Under the pieces are notes generated by a model, which saw nothing but the letters and a program-made list of their open reading frames with translations, was not told the DNA's origin and did not search any database. DNA of 64,000 bases, taken from positions 416,001 through 480,000 of the forward strand of contig CAVYQE010000001.1 in NCBI GenBank assembly GCA_963770565.1, in the 5' to 3' direction. This DNA comes from an uncultured Actinomycetota bacterium (GTDB lineage: Bacteria > Actinomycetota > Actinomycetes > JAFAQI01). The number at the start of each line of letters is the position of its first letter. Position 1 is the first letter of the stretch. Below are positions 10,144 to 20,677 of this stretch, piece after piece. Made by a program: the position numbers and the translations under genes.

Positions 10144-10393
10144 CCCAGCATTATTGCACTACAGCAATAAATGTGCCTGGGCAGTGTTTAGTGAGCATCA
10201 ACGATAGGGAACGGATGAGGGGTGATCTCCATTGTCGGACCGGGATACGGAGGCGGCGTAACCGTGATACCGAAAGGGCACCCGATCGGGCGCTGGACCC
10301 GCGGCCCCCTGCAAACCGCACGTTCTCAGACCGACCTCACCGTAGGCGTCGGCGTCAGCGATTTTGTCCATACGCATCGCAGGACCTCGTGCC

Positions 10394-10726
10394 GTGCCAA
10401 CTAACCCTGGCTCCCCGAGCGCCTCGGCACATGCGACAACCGGCCCACAGTGGGCGTGCGTCGCACTTATCGCCGCAGGCGCGGTGATCAGCGGCATCGC
10501 CCTGATCGAGTGGGTATGGCCCGCGTTCTGGACGGGCATCGGAGTAGTCGTCGCTGGAGCCGCGCTCGCCGCGAGGCTCGGAATCATGGAAGCGGTCAGC
10601 GAGTGGAAGCCCCCGGATAGCCGGTCAGAACCTGAAGCGAGTCGTGGCGGCGATCTTTATCCAGATCCGAGCCGTCGGCCGCGGGTGCCGAACCGCCTCG
10701 GACAAGAAGGGCAGCGTGGGAGTTGA
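10394..10726 (+). CDS. Small two-TM membrane protein (HGxxPAAW-like)
   Basis: HATTGPQW followed by two hydrophobic helices (WPAFWTG). Confidence 0.5.
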   Translation: MPTNPGSPSASAHATTGPQWACVALIAAGAVISGIALIEWVWPAFWTGIGVVVAGAALAARLGIMEAVSEWKPPDSRSEPEASRGGDLYPDPSRRPRVPNRLGQEGQRGS

Positions 10727-10727
10727 G

Positions 10728-11246
10728 ATGTTCGCGTTCACCGAGACCATCGAAGTAGTTGCGCCGAAGCACTCCGTGTGGGACTTGATGTGTGACATCC
10801 GCGAATGGTGGCCGCCGTCCAACCCTGAACACGAAAGCCTGGACTTTCTCGATGGCAGCAGCGAGATCGGCGTAGGCACCAGACTCCGAATCCGCGAGCG
10901 GGTCGCCGGGGTCCCCGGTGAGGCAGTCGGCACGATCACCCGCTTCGAGGTCGGCGATGAGGTCACCTGGGAGGCCCCCGAAGCCCGATACCGTCTGTTC
11001 GGCGTACCCGTCATGGTCGCCGAGGGCGTGACTTGGACCTTTGTGGCGCGAGGATCGCGGACCCAGGTCAGTGCGCACGTATGGTCGGCTCTTCCGCATC
11101 GCTGGCTTGGCCGGATTCTCGAGTGGGGGTTCAAGCTGCTCGGTGGGGTCGACAAAGATCGCAAGCACGCCCGCCAGGAGCTCGCGTATCTGAAACAGCG
11201 CATCGAAATGGGCGCGCCCTCTCGCGAGGACACCGCTCCGCCGTGA
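10728..11246 (+). CDS. SRPBCC/polyketide cyclase-like protein
   Basis: ETIEVVAP..VWD...WW start, GVGTR, C-terminal helix ELAYLK. Confidence 0.7.
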   Translation: MFAFTETIEVVAPKHSVWDLMCDIREWWPPSNPEHESLDFLDGSSEIGVGTRLRIRERVAGVPGEAVGTITRFEVGDEVTWEAPEARYRLFGVPVMVAEGVTWTFVARGSRTQVSAHVWSALPHRWLGRILEWGFKLLGGVDKDRKHARQELAYLKQRIEMGAPSREDTAPP

Positions 11247-11369
11247 GACCGCCGCACCGCCTCACGCCGAGTCGCGGGAGGCGTGGCGCTGCCAGGGGAG
11301 ATCCGACGAGGCGATGCCGCATCTAGCAAGAAGGCGGCTCACCTCGACAGAGAACAACGGAGGTTTGCC

Positions 11370-13166
11370 ATGGGCGACACGGTCGCGGACCGGTTACTGG
11401 AACGGCTGCGGGAATGGGGTGTGCCGCAGGTTTTTGGGTATCCGGGTGACGGGATCAACGGGCTGCTCGCGGCCTGGGGCCGGGCGGAGAATGAGCCGCA
11501 GTTCGTGCAGTCCCGGCATGAGGAGATGTCGGCGTTCGAGGCGGTGGGCTACGCCAAGTTCTCCGGCAGGGTGGGCGTGTGCGCGGCGACCAGCGGCCCC
11601 GGCGCGGTGCATCTGCTCAACGGTCTGTACGACGCGAAACTCGACCACGTCCCGGTCGTGGCGATCGTCGGACAGACCGAACGTTCGGCGATGGGAGGGT
11701 CCTATCAGCAGGAGATCGACCTGCTCACGCTGTTCAAGGACGTATGCAGCGACTACGTGCAGATGTGCACCGTGCCGGAGCAGTTGCCGAACCTGCTCGA
11801 CCGCGCGATCCGCGTCGCGCTGACCGAGCATGCGCCGACTTGCTTGATCTTCCCCTCCGACGTCCTCGAGCTGCCCTACGAGCCGCCCGGCCATGCGTTC
11901 AAGCAAGTGCCGTCAAGCCTTGGGATCCGGACGGCGACTGCGACTGCGGACACGGAGGGCGTCCGCGCCGCCGCCGACCTGCTCAACGCCGGCGAGAAGG
12001 TCGCGATCCTCATCGGTCAGGGCGCCCGTGACGCCGCCGATGAAGTGGTCCAGGTCGCGGATCTGCTCGGCGCCGGTGTCGCGAAAGCGCTGCTCGGCAA
12101 AGACGTTCTGCCGGACGACCTGCCATTCGTCACGGGCTCGATCGGCCTGCTCGGTACGACCGCCAGCTACCTGCTGATGCGCGACTGCGACACCTTGCTG
12201 ACGGTGGGATCCAACTTCCCGTACACGCAGTTCTTGCCGGAGTTGGATCAGGCCCGGGCAGTGCAGATCGACCGGGACGGCAAGTGGATCGGGATGCGCT
12301 ACCCCTACGACGTGAACCTCGTCGGCGACGCCACGACGACGCTGCGGGCGCTGCTCCCGCTCCTGCAGCGCAAGACGGACCGATCCTGGCGGGAGCAGGT
12401 CGAGAGCAACGTGGCCGAGTGGTGGCATACCGGCGAGCGTCGCGCCATGACCGACGCCGACCCGATCAACCCGATGCGGATCGTGCACGAGCTGTCCGAG
12501 CGGCTGCCGGACAACGCGATCGTCGCGGCCGACTCCGGCTCCGCCGCGAACTGGTACGCCCGGCACCTGAAGATCCGAGGACAGGTCCGCGGCTCACTGT
12601 CCGGCACGCTGGCCACTATGGGCCCTGGGGTGCCGTACGTGATCGGCGCGAAATGGGCGCATCCGGACCGGCCATCAATCGCGCTGGTCGGTGACGGTGC
12701 GATGCAGATGAACGGCCTGGCGGAGCTGATCACTGTCAAGCACTACTGGCGGCAGTGGGCCGACCCTCGGCTGATCGTCGCGATCCTTCACAACGACGAC
12801 CTCAACCAGGTCACCTGGGAGATGCGTGCCATGGAGAGCTCACCGAAGTTCGCCGCCTCCCAGTCGTTGCCGGATGTCGACTACGCCGCGTTCGCCCGCA
12901 GCCTGGGACTCGGGGGAATCAACGTCGAGAAGACCGATGAGATCGGTACAGCGTGGGACGAGGCGCTCGCCGCCGACCGGCCCACTGTGTTGGACATCCG
13001 CTGTGACCCGGACGTGCCGCCGATCCCGCCGCACGCCACGTTCGAGCAGGCCAAGTCGGTCGGGATGGCTGTGCTGTTCGGCGACGAGGACCGGTGGGGG
13101 TTCGTCAAGCAAGGGCTCAAACAGAAGGTGCAGCAGTACCTGCCCGGTAGCAAGGAGGACTCATGA
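11370..13166 (+). CDS. Thiamine-pyrophosphate enzyme, pyruvate oxidase/dehydrogenase (PoxB-like)
   Basis: GYPGDGIN, RHEE, TSGPG, GDGAMQM...N TPP motif; GGAGG RBS. Confidence 0.9.
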   Translation: MGDTVADRLLERLREWGVPQVFGYPGDGINGLLAAWGRAENEPQFVQSRHEEMSAFEAVGYAKFSGRVGVCAATSGPGAVHLLNGLYDAKLDHVPVVAIVGQTERSAMGGSYQQEIDLLTLFKDVCSDYVQMCTVPEQLPNLLDRAIRVALTEHAPTCLIFPSDVLELPYEPPGHAFKQVPSSLGIRTATATADTEGVRAAADLLNAGEKVAILIGQGARDAADEVVQVADLLGAGVAKALLGKDVLPDDLPFVTGSIGLLGTTASYLLMRDCDTLLTVGSNFPYTQFLPELDQARAVQIDRDGKWIGMRYPYDVNLVGDATTTLRALLPLLQRKTDRSWREQVESNVAEWWHTGERRAMTDADPINPMRIVHELSERLPDNAIVAADSGSAANWYARHLKIRGQVRGSLSGTLATMGPGVPYVIGAKWAHPDRPSIALVGDGAMQMNGLAELITVKHYWRQWADPRLIVAILHNDDLNQVTWEMRAMESSPKFAASQSLPDVDYAAFARSLGLGGINVEKTDEIGTAWDEALAADRPTVLDIRCDPDVPPIPPHATFEQAKSVGMAVLFGDEDRWGFVKQGLKQKVQQYLPGSKEDS

Positions 13167-13651
13167 GGGTTCCGACCGTTCTGCGCCGGTCGGCATCCTC
13201 AACAGCGATCGGTATCGATCGGCTGATCGGCGTCGTTCAGACCGGCCGGTTCGAACGCAGCCTGGCGGCGCTGACCGCCGCCGGAGCTGTGATCACGACC
13301 GCCGAGATTTACACCGAGCACGACTCGGCCAGTTTCGGCAACCGGATGATGTGGTGGCCGATCGTGATCGTGCCGACCCTGGTCCCGAGCGGTGTCGCCG
13401 CCGTCCTGTCCCGACGGGCCGCGAAGACCGTCCTACCTCTGGCTTCTGCGGTTGTCGTCGCGAACGGTCTGCAAGGCACCTACCTGCACGCCCGCGGGAT
13501 CGGGCAGAAGCCGGGCGGCTGGCGGTTCGCGGCGTACAACCTGGAGATGGGTCCGCCGTTGTTCGCGCCGCTACTGGCCGCGATGGTCGGCGGGATGGGG
13601 CTGCTCGCCTCCGTCCTGCGCCGTGAAGAAGACCCGGCGGTTCCCGCCTGA
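13163..13651 (+). CDS. Conserved membrane protein (4 TM)
   Basis: EH...F, HARG, GPPLFAPL; translationally coupled in the operon. Confidence 0.75.
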   Translation: MRVPTVLRRSASSTAIGIDRLIGVVQTGRFERSLAALTAAGAVITTAEIYTEHDSASFGNRMMWWPIVIVPTLVPSGVAAVLSRRAAKTVLPLASAVVVANGLQGTYLHARGIGQKPGGWRFAAYNLEMGPPLFAPLLAAMVGGMGLLASVLRREEDPAVPA

Positions 13652-14361
13652 TGCCCTACCGCAGCCCGAACCAGCGGGCGGTGACCCCGCAGAATCGCGG
13701 CCGGTTCCCCGGCTTCGACGTGCTCGACGAGGCCGACCGGTGGGACGACGTCACCGCTGGTGTCGTCCTTGCCCGCCTCGCGCCGATCACCGAACTGTCC
13801 TTCTTCACCCAAGCCGAGAACGCCACCGCCACCGCCCTGTGCGACCTGCTCCTCGCTCAGGACGGGGAGCCGCGGGTTCCGGTCGTCGCGCTGATCGACT
13901 CCCGGCTCGCCCTCGGTGAGACCGATGGCTGGCACTACGACGACATGCCCGAAGACGGCCAAGCCTGGCGCGACACCCTGCGGCTCCTGGACGAGGACGC
14001 GCATGATCTGGCGGGAGTTCCGTTCGCTCAGCTCGACCGCCACTATCAGGTCAGCGTCGTGCAGCACGTGCAGGATCTCGCGACGGATTCCGCGACCTGG
14101 CACGAGCTACCGGCAAGCCACGTGTGGAGCATGTGGACTCGGTACGCGACGACAGCCTTCTACTCCCATCCCTGGGCGTGGAACGAGATCGGGTTCGGCG
14201 GCCCCGCCTACCCCCGCGGCTACAAGAATCGCGGCGTCGACCGCCGGGAACACTGGGAGGTCACCGACCACGACGACAGTGACCCGGTGCCCGTCGCCGA
14301 TCGCGTCGAACAAGCCCGCCGCAGCCATGCCGAACTGTTCCAGCGCCGGGACCAAGCGTGA
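13651..14361 (+). CDS. Gluconate 2-dehydrogenase subunit 3 family protein
   Basis: FYSHPWAWNEIGFGGPAYPRGY; lies upstream of the GMC flavoprotein. Confidence 0.82.
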   Translation: MPYRSPNQRAVTPQNRGRFPGFDVLDEADRWDDVTAGVVLARLAPITELSFFTQAENATATALCDLLLAQDGEPRVPVVALIDSRLALGETDGWHYDDMPEDGQAWRDTLRLLDEDAHDLAGVPFAQLDRHYQVSVVQHVQDLATDSATWHELPASHVWSMWTRYATTAFYSHPWAWNEIGFGGPAYPRGYKNRGVDRREHWEVTDHDDSDPVPVADRVEQARRSHAELFQRRDQA

Positions 14362-16010
14362 GGCGCCGCCGGTTGGACCGCGACGACAACGTACGAGAGC
14401 GCAACAACTCAGCATGGCTCATCCCCAACGACGGCACCCGGACCAACCACCAACTGCGCAACGACATGCGCCGATACGACGAGGACGACGAGGTTGATCT
14501 CGTCGTCGTGGGAGCCGGTGCGGGCGGCGGCGTGCTCACCCAACGACTCGCCCGGCGGGGTTGGCGCGTCGTGACCTTCGACGCCGGTCCGTTCTGGGAT
14601 CCCGACGCCGACTGGGTGAGCGACGAGCGAGGCGCGCACCGCCTGTACTGGACCGAACCGCGCCAGATCGGCGGTGCCAACCCGGTGCCGCTCGGCTCGA
14701 ACAACTCCGGACGTGGCGTCGGCGGGTCGATGGTTCACTACGCCGGCTACACCCCCCGGTTTCACCCGTCGGACTTCCACACCGCCAGCACCGATGGCGT
14801 CGGTGCTGACTGGCCGATCGATTACACCGCGCTCAAGACCTACTACGAGCAGATCGAAGCCGAACTACCCGTCGCCGGCGAAGACTGGCCGTGGGGCGAC
14901 CCGCACACCTACCCCCATCACGCCCACCCGGTTGGCGGCAACGGGGAGATCTTCCAGCGCGGTGCCCACGCCCTCGGCATCCCGGTCCGGGTCGGGCCGG
15001 TCGCGATCACCAACGGCCGATTCGGCAACCGGCCACACTGCATCTACCGCGGCTTCTGCCTGCAAGGCTGCAAGGTCAACGCCAAAGCCAGCCCGCTGAT
15101 CACTCACATCCCCGACGGCCTCGCGCACGGCGCCGAGATCCGCCCCGACAGTCACGTCACCCGCATCCTGCTCGATGACCGCACCGGCCGGGCCACCGGA
15201 GTCAGCTACGTCCACCGCGGTGTCGAACATCGTCAGCGTGCACGACTGGTCGCCATCGCGGGCTACTCCATCGAAACCCCACGGCTGTTGCTGCTCAGCA
15301 CCTCGAAGCGCTGGCCGGACGGACTCGGCAATCACCACGACCAGGTCGGGCGCTACCTGATGGTCCAAGGTGCACCGCAGACCGCCGGGCGGTTCGAAGA
15401 GGAGATCCGGATGTACAAAGCGCCGCCGCCGGAGGTCAGCACCGAACACTTCTACGAGACCGACCCGGCCAAGCCCTACCAGCGCGGCTGGTCGATCCAG
15501 ACCGTCAGCCCGATGCCGATCACCTGGGCCGAGCACATCGGCGCCCAAGGGCACTGGGGCGAAACGCTGCGGGAGTACATGCGTGACTACGTGCACTGGG
15601 CCACCCTCGGCGCACTGTGCGAACTGCTGCCTCAGCCGGACAACCGGGTCACCCTCGCCGACGAGACCGACCGGCACGGACTGCCCGTCGCGCACTTCGC
15701 CTACACCCAGTGCGACAACGACAAGCAGCTGATCAAAGCCGCCACGGAGGTCATGAACGAGCTGCTCCACGCCGCGGGTGCCGAAGAGGTCATCACCATC
15801 GAGCGGTACGCCCACCTCGTCGGCGGTGCGCGGATGGCCAACCGACCCGAAGACGGCGCGGTCGACCGGAACCAACGGGTCTTCGGCACCGACAACGTCT
15901 ACCTCGCCGACGGCAGCGTGCTGCCGACACAGGGCTCGGCCAACCCGGCGTTAACGATCATGGCGCTCGCCGCGCGGCTCGCCGACCACCTCGCGGCCCG
16001 CCGCGGATGA
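14358..16010 (+). CDS. GMC family oxidoreductase (flavoprotein)
   Basis: GAGAGG FAD motif, GRGVGGS, CxxxxxCxxGC cluster, HLVGGARM, NPALTIMALA. Confidence 0.92.
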   Translation: MRRRRLDRDDNVRERNNSAWLIPNDGTRTNHQLRNDMRRYDEDDEVDLVVVGAGAGGGVLTQRLARRGWRVVTFDAGPFWDPDADWVSDERGAHRLYWTEPRQIGGANPVPLGSNNSGRGVGGSMVHYAGYTPRFHPSDFHTASTDGVGADWPIDYTALKTYYEQIEAELPVAGEDWPWGDPHTYPHHAHPVGGNGEIFQRGAHALGIPVRVGPVAITNGRFGNRPHCIYRGFCLQGCKVNAKASPLITHIPDGLAHGAEIRPDSHVTRILLDDRTGRATGVSYVHRGVEHRQRARLVAIAGYSIETPRLLLLSTSKRWPDGLGNHHDQVGRYLMVQGAPQTAGRFEEEIRMYKAPPPEVSTEHFYETDPAKPYQRGWSIQTVSPMPITWAEHIGAQGHWGETLREYMRDYVHWATLGALCELLPQPDNRVTLADETDRHGLPVAHFAYTQCDNDKQLIKAATEVMNELLHAAGAEEVITIERYAHLVGGARMANRPEDGAVDRNQRVFGTDNVYLADGSVLPTQGSANPALTIMALAARLADHLAARRG

Positions 16011-17125
16011 ACGACAGCGGAGCACCCATCACCGCGGTCCGCACGACGGTCCGCGAGTTCCCGACCGCACAGCCGGAAAGCGACGGCACGTTGACCTGGA
16101 CCTCCACTACCGCCGTGATCGCGCAGGTCGTCGCCGGCGGTCACACCGGCCTCGGATGGACCTACAGCTCACCGGCCGCCGCCAGCATCATCACCGACAA
16201 GCTCACCCCGGCAATCAACGGTCGTGACGCCTTCGACACACCCGCAGCTTGGGAGGCGATGGTCCGCATCTGCCGCAACCTGGGCCGTCCCGGCGTCGTC
16301 TCCCAGGCCGTCGCCGCCGTCGACATCGCAATGTGGGACCTCAAAGCCCGGCTCCTCGACCTCCCGCTGCACCAGCTGTTCGGCGCAGCCCGCGACAGCA
16401 TCCCGGTCTACGGCAGTGGCGGCTTCACCAACCTCACCGACGTCCAGCTCGAGGAGCAGGTCGCCGGATGGCTGGCCGCCGGATGCACGGGAGTGAAGAT
16501 CAAAGTCGCTCAAGACTGGGGACAGGCGATCCGGCGTGACCTGCAGCGCGTCGGACTGGTCCGGTCCTGGATCTCCGACGACATCCAGCTCATGGTCGAC
16601 GCGAACGGCGGCTACACCTGCGAGCAAGCAGCGCGTGTGGGCGCCGCCTACGACGACCTCGGCGTCGTGTGGTTCGAAGAGCCCGTCAGCTCCGACAACC
16701 TCGACAGCCTCAGCCGGCTCCGCGACCGGCTGCGCTGCGACATCACGGCCGGTGAGTACGCCGACTCGGTGCAGTACGTGCAACGGATGTGCGCGGCTGG
16801 CGCTGTCGACTGCCTCCAGATCGACGTCACCCGCTGCGCCGGTTATACCGAATGGCTGCGCTGCGCGGCCATCGCCGCCTCCTATGACCTGCAGGTCAGC
16901 GCCCACTGTGCGCCCGCCCTGCACGCGCCCATCGCCGCTGCCATCCCCAACCTGCGACACGTCGAATGGTTCGCCGACCATGCCCACCTCGAACCCCAAC
17001 TCGTCGACGGCGCCCCCGCGGTGACCCACGGCGTCATGCGCATGACCAACGAACCGGGCCACGGCATGGTCCTGCGCGACTCGCCCCGACACGGACCAGA
17101 CATCACCCGAGCACACAGGAGTTGA
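16007..17125 (+). CDS. Mandelate racemase/enolase superfamily protein
   Basis: KIK, VDANG, FEEP and AGEY metal ligands. Confidence 0.88.
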   Translation: MNDSGAPITAVRTTVREFPTAQPESDGTLTWTSTTAVIAQVVAGGHTGLGWTYSSPAAASIITDKLTPAINGRDAFDTPAAWEAMVRICRNLGRPGVVSQAVAAVDIAMWDLKARLLDLPLHQLFGAARDSIPVYGSGGFTNLTDVQLEEQVAGWLAAGCTGVKIKVAQDWGQAIRRDLQRVGLVRSWISDDIQLMVDANGGYTCEQAARVGAAYDDLGVVWFEEPVSSDNLDSLSRLRDRLRCDITAGEYADSVQYVQRMCAAGAVDCLQIDVTRCAGYTEWLRCAAIAASYDLQVSAHCAPALHAPIAAAIPNLRHVEWFADHAHLEPQLVDGAPAVTHGVMRMTNEPGHGMVLRDSPRHGPDITRAHRS

Positions 17126-17130
17126 GAACC

Positions 17131-18135
17131 ATGCCCCGCATCATCGCCGTCACCGGCGCCAGCGCCGGGATCGGACGGGCCACCGCGACAGCGTTCGGCG
17201 CCCGCGGAGACACCGTCGCCCTGCTCGCCCGCGGAGAGGCGGGTCTCGCAGCCGCGGCCCGCGACGTCGAAAGCGCCGGCGGCACGGCGCTCGCGATCCC
17301 GGTCGACGTCGCCGACTCCGTCGCGGTGTTCGACGCCGTGAAACGCATCGAAGCCGAGCTGGGCGGGATCGAGGTGTGGGTGAACGTCGCGTTCACCTCG
17401 GTGTTCTCCCCCTTCGACCAGATCACCCCGCAGGAATACCAGCGCGCCACCGAAGTCAGCTACCTCGGCTACGTGTACACCACGATGGCCGCGCTCGGCG
17501 TGATGAAGCCCCGTGATCACGGCACGATCGTGCAGGTCGGCTCCGCCCTCGCCTACCGGGGCATCCCGCTGCAGACCGCGTACTGCGGTGCCAAGCACGC
17601 CATCCAGGGGTTCCACGAGTCGCTGCGATGCGAACTGTTGCACGAGAAAAGCAACGTGCGGGTCACGATGGTGCAGATGCCGGCTGTCAACACACCGCAG
17701 TTCTCCTGGGTGCTGTCCCGGCTGCCGAAGCATCCTCAGCCGGTACCGCCGATCTACCAGCCGGAAGTCGCCGCAAAAGGCGTGCTCTACGCCGCAGACC
17801 ACCCCCGGCGCCGCGAGTATTGGGTCGGCGCGTCCACCATGGGGACACTGGCCGCGAACGCGCTCGCGCCCGGCCTACTGGACCGTTATCTCGCTCGGAC
17901 CGGCTTCGCCTCACAACAGACCGACGAACCCCCGCCGTCAGATGCTCCGGTCAACCTGTGGGAGCCCGCTGACAGCGATCACGGTAAGGACTTCGGTGCT
18001 CGCGGAGCCTTCGATAGCCGCGCCCACCGCAGCGACCCGCAGTTGTGGGCCTCCCAGCATCACGGTCTGCTTGGCGCGCTGGTCGCTGGCGTCGGGGTGA
18101 CCGTCGGCGCCGGATGGTGGGCGCGGCGGCGATGA
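17131..18135 (+). CDS. SDR family oxidoreductase
   Basis: TGASAGIG, YCGAK catalytic motif. Confidence 0.92.
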   Translation: MPRIIAVTGASAGIGRATATAFGARGDTVALLARGEAGLAAAARDVESAGGTALAIPVDVADSVAVFDAVKRIEAELGGIEVWVNVAFTSVFSPFDQITPQEYQRATEVSYLGYVYTTMAALGVMKPRDHGTIVQVGSALAYRGIPLQTAYCGAKHAIQGFHESLRCELLHEKSNVRVTMVQMPAVNTPQFSWVLSRLPKHPQPVPPIYQPEVAAKGVLYAADHPRRREYWVGASTMGTLAANALAPGLLDRYLARTGFASQQTDEPPPSDAPVNLWEPADSDHGKDFGARGAFDSRAHRSDPQLWASQHHGLLGALVAGVGVTVGAGWWARRR

Positions 18136-18500
18136 CCACCGCTTCCATCGCTGTGGCGGCGTTTCGTGCCTGTGCCGTTGAACGTGCCGTCGCCGGACTG
18201 ACGCTGCTGAGCAAGCCCGACGCCGTCAGCAGGCTGATCGCCCCGGCGCCGACAACCGCGCCACCCACCTGGCTTTCGCGAGCGCTGGGCGCAAGGCTGC
18301 TGGCCCAAGCCCTCGTCGAGTACGCCCGGCCGACCCGGCACGTGGCACTCGCCGGCGCGGCTATCGACGCGACCCATGCCGGCAGCATGATTCCGCTCGC
18401 GGCGAGTCACCCGGCGTACCGGCGGGTTGCGGCGGCAAGCGCCCTGGAGGCCGCCGCAGCAGCCGTCGTTGCCGGCCTCGTGGCAAGGCGCCTGCCGTGA
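18132..18500 (+). CDS. Hypothetical membrane protein
   Basis: RALGARLLAQA...DATHAGSM; start and stop overlap both neighbours. Confidence 0.65.
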   Translation: MTTASIAVAAFRACAVERAVAGLTLLSKPDAVSRLIAPAPTTAPPTWLSRALGARLLAQALVEYARPTRHVALAGAAIDATHAGSMIPLAASHPAYRRVAAASALEAAAAAVVAGLVARRLP

Positions 18501-20338
18501 CCACAACACGCCAGAACGGCGGCCCGCGACGCACCGCCAGGCCATTGCAAGCCGCGCACCCGCCGCACGTTCTGCGCGAGTACGCGCTGCTGGCCGACGG
18601 TGAGCGAGGAGCCGTCGTCGGCCCCCGCGGCGACATCGTCTGGCTCTGCGTACCCCGTTGGGACAGCGACGCCGTCTTCACCGCGCTCATCGGTGGGCGA
18701 GGCGCCTACACCGTGACGCCGGAGGATCGTTATGTCTGGGGCGGCTACTACGAAGGCGCGTCGATGATCTGGCGGCACCGGTGGACCACCCAGGCGGGAG
18801 TCGTCGAATGCCGGGACGCCCTGGCTTTTCCCGCCGATCCCGATCGCGTCATTCTGCTTCGGCAGCTACATGCGGTCGATGCGCCCGCGTCAGTAACAGT
18901 TGCGTTGGAACCCCATGTCGGCAACGACCAACACGCGATGCGCGACGTGCATCGACACGATGGGATCTGGACGGCCACCGTCGGGCGGTTGCACGTGCGC
19001 TGGAGCGGAGCCGGGGACGCCCGAGCGCGGCACGACGGCGAACAATTGATTCTCCCGTTGTCGTTGGACACAGGCGAACGTCGCGATCTCGTACTGGAAA
19101 TCGGCGCGCGGCCACTCCCCGACCAATTGGTCGACACTGACACAACCTGGCACGCCACCGAAGCCGCCTGGGCGAACGACATCCCCGACTTCGACGAAGG
19201 GCTTGCGCCCCGAGAGTGTCGACGCAGCTACGCGGTGCTGCGAGGTCTCACCAGCACGACCGGCGGCATGGTCGCCGCCGCCACCACAAGCCTTCCCGAA
19301 CGAGCCGAAGCCGGCCGCAACTACGACTATCGGTACGTCTGGATCCGCGACCAGTGCTACGCCGGTCTCGCGGGCGCCGCCGCCGGCGCGTTCCCGCTGC
19401 TGGACGACGCGGTCGGCTTCGTCACCGCGAGGCTGACGGATCATCGGGAACAGATGGCGCCCGCCTACACCACCCAGGGTGCGCCCGTCCCCGATCAGGA
19501 ACACCTAGGACTCGCTGGCTACCCCGGTGGCGACGACATCACCGGCAACTGGGTGAACCAACAGTTCCAGCTCGACGCGTTCGGTGAAGCCTTGCAGCTG
19601 CTTGCCGCTGCCGCGCGGCACGACCGGCTCGACAGCGACCAGTGGCGGGCCGCTGAGATCGCGGCCGCCGCGATCGAGCATCGCTGGACCGAGCCCGACG
19701 CCGGCATTTGGGAGATCGAGCCGAGGGCCTGGACCCACAGCCGACTGGCCGCCGCAGGAGGTCTGCGGGCTGTCGCCGCCGCACGGCCACGATCAACTCA
19801 AGCAGCCGACTGGCTGGCGCTCGCCGACCAGATCACCGCCGACACATCCACCAACGCACTGCACCCGAACGGTCACTGGCAGCGGTCGCCCGACGACCCC
19901 GGGCTCGACGCCTCACTGCTCCTACCCGGACTGCGTGGCGCCGTACCGTTCGACGATCTGCGGACCACCGGCACCCTCGATGCCTACCTGGCCGACCTCA
20001 CCATCGACGGCTACGCCTACCGCTACCGTCACGACCAACGGCCCATCGGTGAGGCCGAAGGATCCTTCCTGCTCTGCGGATTCATCACCGCCCTGGCTCT
20101 CCATCAACAAGGTCAAACGCTGGACGCCCGAGCCTGGTACGAACGCACCAGAGCCGCCACCGGACCGCCAGAACTGTTCAGCGAAGAGTACGACGTCACC
20201 CAACACCAGATGCGCGGCAACCTCCCGCAGGCCTTCGTCCACGCCCTCATGCTCGAAACCTCAACCCGACTCGCCCGCAACCCCGCAAAGATGCGGTTTC
20301 TGTGCGGAGAACGGGCCACAGGGAACATCGCGGACTAG
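18497..20338 (+). CDS. Glycoside hydrolase family 15 (glucoamylase/trehalase-like)
   Basis: AAATTSLPE, RNYDYRYVWIRD, QLDAFGE, GIWE, LFSEEYD, GNLPQAF. Confidence 0.92.
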   Translation: MTTTRQNGGPRRTARPLQAAHPPHVLREYALLADGERGAVVGPRGDIVWLCVPRWDSDAVFTALIGGRGAYTVTPEDRYVWGGYYEGASMIWRHRWTTQAGVVECRDALAFPADPDRVILLRQLHAVDAPASVTVALEPHVGNDQHAMRDVHRHDGIWTATVGRLHVRWSGAGDARARHDGEQLILPLSLDTGERRDLVLEIGARPLPDQLVDTDTTWHATEAAWANDIPDFDEGLAPRECRRSYAVLRGLTSTTGGMVAAATTSLPERAEAGRNYDYRYVWIRDQCYAGLAGAAAGAFPLLDDAVGFVTARLTDHREQMAPAYTTQGAPVPDQEHLGLAGYPGGDDITGNWVNQQFQLDAFGEALQLLAAAARHDRLDSDQWRAAEIAAAAIEHRWTEPDAGIWEIEPRAWTHSRLAAAGGLRAVAAARPRSTQAADWLALADQITADTSTNALHPNGHWQRSPDDPGLDASLLLPGLRGAVPFDDLRTTGTLDAYLADLTIDGYAYRYRHDQRPIGEAEGSFLLCGFITALALHQQGQTLDARAWYERTRAATGPPELFSEEYDVTQHQMRGNLPQAFVHALMLETSTRLARNPAKMRFLCGERATGNIAD

Positions 20339-20543
20339 CGCATGAGCCTCGACGTGCCTGGAAGGTCGCAGTCAGATGGGTATCAAGCCACGTGAGGTCG
20401 CGGCCGACCCTCACCGCGGCCGAAGGCTCGTCGTGCACCGAGCTGCTCGGGGCGTTAGCCCGGGCTCAGGTGGGTGCGGACCTCGTACTCGCGGATCTCG
20501 GGTGGTGCGAGGCCGAGTTCTTCCACCTCTTGGACTCGCCGGG

Positions 20544-20565
20544 TGGGGACAAGATGGGGACACGG
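20544..20565 (+). repeat. 22-bp direct repeat, copy 2 (putative integrase arm-binding sites)
   Basis: Identical to 3592-3613. Confidence 0.8.
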
Positions 20566-20677
20566 TGTCGGATACACGACGCGGCTGCTGCAGCCGGAGG
20601 ACACTAGTGAGACGGGGATCATGCTCAGCCGCAACGTCATGTCACGGGTTGGCACGTATGGGACCCAGAAGTTGCGT

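Noticed and set aside
20340-20540. Integrase remnant at the island end (also 3615-3800)
   Set aside because: Only short minus-strand gene tails are readable (EELGLAPPEIREYEVRTHL; VRDALHKNWKFNVADILERTT), with no tyrosine- or serine-recombinase motifs
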